Positions 61,681 to 64,000 of a DNA stretch of 64,000 nucleotides are shown in pieces; positions within the stretch are counted from its first letter, which is position 1, and every line of letters begins with the position of its first letter. This DNA comes from Takakia lepidozioides. Lineage: Eukaryota; Plantae; Bryophyta. The translations under genes and the position numbers were made by a program. Where the stretch lies: assembly GCA_030704615.1 (NCBI GenBank), contig CM060733.1, positions 27,404,001 to 27,468,000 on the forward strand, in the 5' to 3' direction. Below the pieces are notes generated by a model that did not search any database, had not been told where the DNA came from, and was given only the letters and a program-made list of their open reading frames with translations.

Positions 61681-63858
61681 CACGTTAGCCATGATAAAAA
61701 AAACTTTAACAAGACAAGTTTATAGACAAAAATATTTGTACACAAGTATTTCACTAATGTAGATTAGATCGAGAAGCTGACTAATAGTATAAGAAACAAT
61801 AATACATAAGAGTACGTAATCTACGCTTAGTTCCAAATAAACATTAAATGATTAGAGAGTTTTAGAGTCTCCTTTTGTCAAAAGAATCGTGGGACCCAAG
61901 AGAGTAATGGGACTCGTTGATAGACGTTGAATGTGTCTTCAACAACATGTATACCTTCAACTAAGTTGGTCATCAATTTTCCTTTTGTACGCATTATAGC
62001 AACTGCAACAAAATCAATTGGGATCATCACAAGAATCGAAATACCAAAGTTGAATCCCACCTTAACTTCGAGCCTTCACCAAAAACGCTGATTCTCAATT
62101 TGTCTTTGCTATTTTGTTTTGAATCCTTTGCCCTTCAGTTGCCTCCTTAGCTTCGATTGGTACTTTCTTAGTCGTTTTTCTCGTTGTTGTGATTTGGTCA
62201 TGTTGTGGCCCTTGGATAGTTGCCTCGTTGCTTGTACTTGCCTTTATGGTACTATGGAGGTTTTCCTCCTTTAATTTGATTAATTGGGCTCCACTTCCAT
62301 TTCCATTCAAGAAAAAAATATTATATTGTTAAAACCTATATATGTTGGACACCCATGAATCGTATTATACCATTTTTATATGCATCTATACTATCAAGTT
62401 TCGAACCTATTTGCTTGTTACATCTTTTCTACTAACAAGTATTTCTCGAACAAAATTATCTTAAAAATGTATAAATCCAGAACACCATTATTTATTTTTC
62501 CGGAAGTTTAAAATATTTATGTTTATGCTACAAGAGCTTTTTGGAAGGATTAATACTTTGATCCAGACAAAGCATTCTATCTTATAAACACGTGATTGAT
62601 AACAAAATTTTGGCTCACTCAATTTTGTGATTTGTTAGCAGATTAACATTTTCAAACAAATATTGAATTTGTACCCGTAAACTGCTATGATGTTTTTGGC
62701 GAATCATTAGACATTTATTTACGAAGTGTAGTCAAAGTTTTCAAGAAAGCTAGAGTAAAACTTGATGGTTCTTGAGTCTAGGATGAATACACCTCCACAT
62801 CTCATCATTATATGTAATATTGTTCATGTGAACTTTGGTCAATGTCCAAAAAGTGAAGCTTATTCATCAAATAAAGCTTGCATCCTTTTGGTTATTTGAC
62901 CATTCAATAAATGCATACCATCCTTCTTTGTGAACGCCTTTTTATTTTTATTTTTATTTTTATTTTATATTTTTTGGTTAACAGGCTTTATTTCCCTGGT
63001 TAACTTTATTATAAAAAGTGGAGGCCATGCCTCTTACATTTATTGAAGACCTTATTCGGGGAAAAAAATTAAAACCCCTGATTCGCCATAAGGCACACAC
63101 ACCGTATTCAGTGTATCACGAGCCAACATATCATAAGAGAATATATCCACGAAACAAAGAGAGGGCACACTGCCCTAGAACGCTGTCTGCTCACTATGAG
63201 AACGTAACTACTGTTGGACTTTGCAAGACAATCCAACATGACAGGGGAGGAGGGGATGTCGTGACTTTTCATTGAAAGTCTCTGGAATGTTAAAAAACAT
63301 AAGGTGCAGCCATCATGATTTTTTTTGTTTTTTTGTTTTTTAAAAAGGAAACCTGGGAGCGACTGCTCACAATTCAGGCCCTTGAGGAGGGGGAAAAATT
63401 AACCCCCTTTCAGATAAGCCATTAGGCACACAGGTGGGAAACGTCACCACCAGACCAGCCGGTCGCGAACAATCCACACACCAGGCATGGCAGCGGGTTT
63501 TTCATCATCATTCCCCAGTAAATAGTAATATAAATTACATAAAAAGATAAAACTCATCAAAGTCTGATAGTTAACCTTCCGGCCACTAATCCTTAAAAAA
63601 TGGTAACATATATTACATTAGAAATATTTATAATTGAAGCGCTAATCATAATGAAGAGTCACTTCACATTTAATACTAATTGATTGATAGTAACTCATAA
63701 TATTCAACATATTTCATCACTGATCCTCAATAAATGGGACACTTACTATCCATTTTTTAGAAATTGTATCTTCATGTTTCAGCTATTGATTCCTAAGAAA
63801 TGATAACAACCAGTAAGAAAAACATTTGATAAATTAAGAAATCTGAGAAACCATAAAT

Positions 63859-63891
63859 TTATATATATATATATTGCCTTAATTATTGTTC

Positions 63892-63922
<31 letters not shown>
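63859..63922. repeat. (TA)n microsatellites
   Basis: Two TA runs at ~63859-63873 and ~63893-63922. Confidence 0.9.
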
Positions 63923-63926
<4 letters not shown>

Positions 63927-64000
63927 TTGGATGGAAGATTCCTCTTTTGGAGCATGCTCTAGTTGGCTGTCACATGTCTGCTTTGTCTCGGGCTTCTAAT

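Overview
Eukaryotic, early-diverging land-plant (bryophyte-like) nuclear DNA. 1-4705 and 15873-16905 form a 5S-only rDNA tandem array (unit ~708 bp, eight 5S genes on the minus strand). An ~11.2 kb DNA-transposon-like element interrupts the array in a spacer (4706-15870) and is the main discovery candidate. Its + strand encodes a GCM/WRKY-like Zn domain + Mutator-like DDE + SWIM transposase. Its - strand encodes a spliced gene combining a ParB/Srx-like domain (WDGNHR) with a beta-class N4C/N6A DNA-methyltransferase-like domain (DIPDG). Between the two divergent genes lie ~33 copies of a 22-bp palindrome (GGAAATGCGGYRCCGCATTTCC) at 53-bp spacing; single copies also sit in the element's introns and 3' non-coding DNA. 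Diverged relics of both genes recur at 36-37 kb and 43.6-44.5 kb. The rest of the window holds an intact 4-exon JmjC/ROX-type oxygenase gene with a small divergent partner gene, a young full-length Ty3/gypsy chromovirus (24536-31508, TSD ATGAT), PLS-PPR and OSB (PDF-motif) gene debris partly amplified into 137/122/134-bp tandem arrays, a degenerate Ty1/copia element, CACTA-type ends, a hAT-like MITE and LINE scraps. All domain calls come from recognising motifs by eye; no searches were run.
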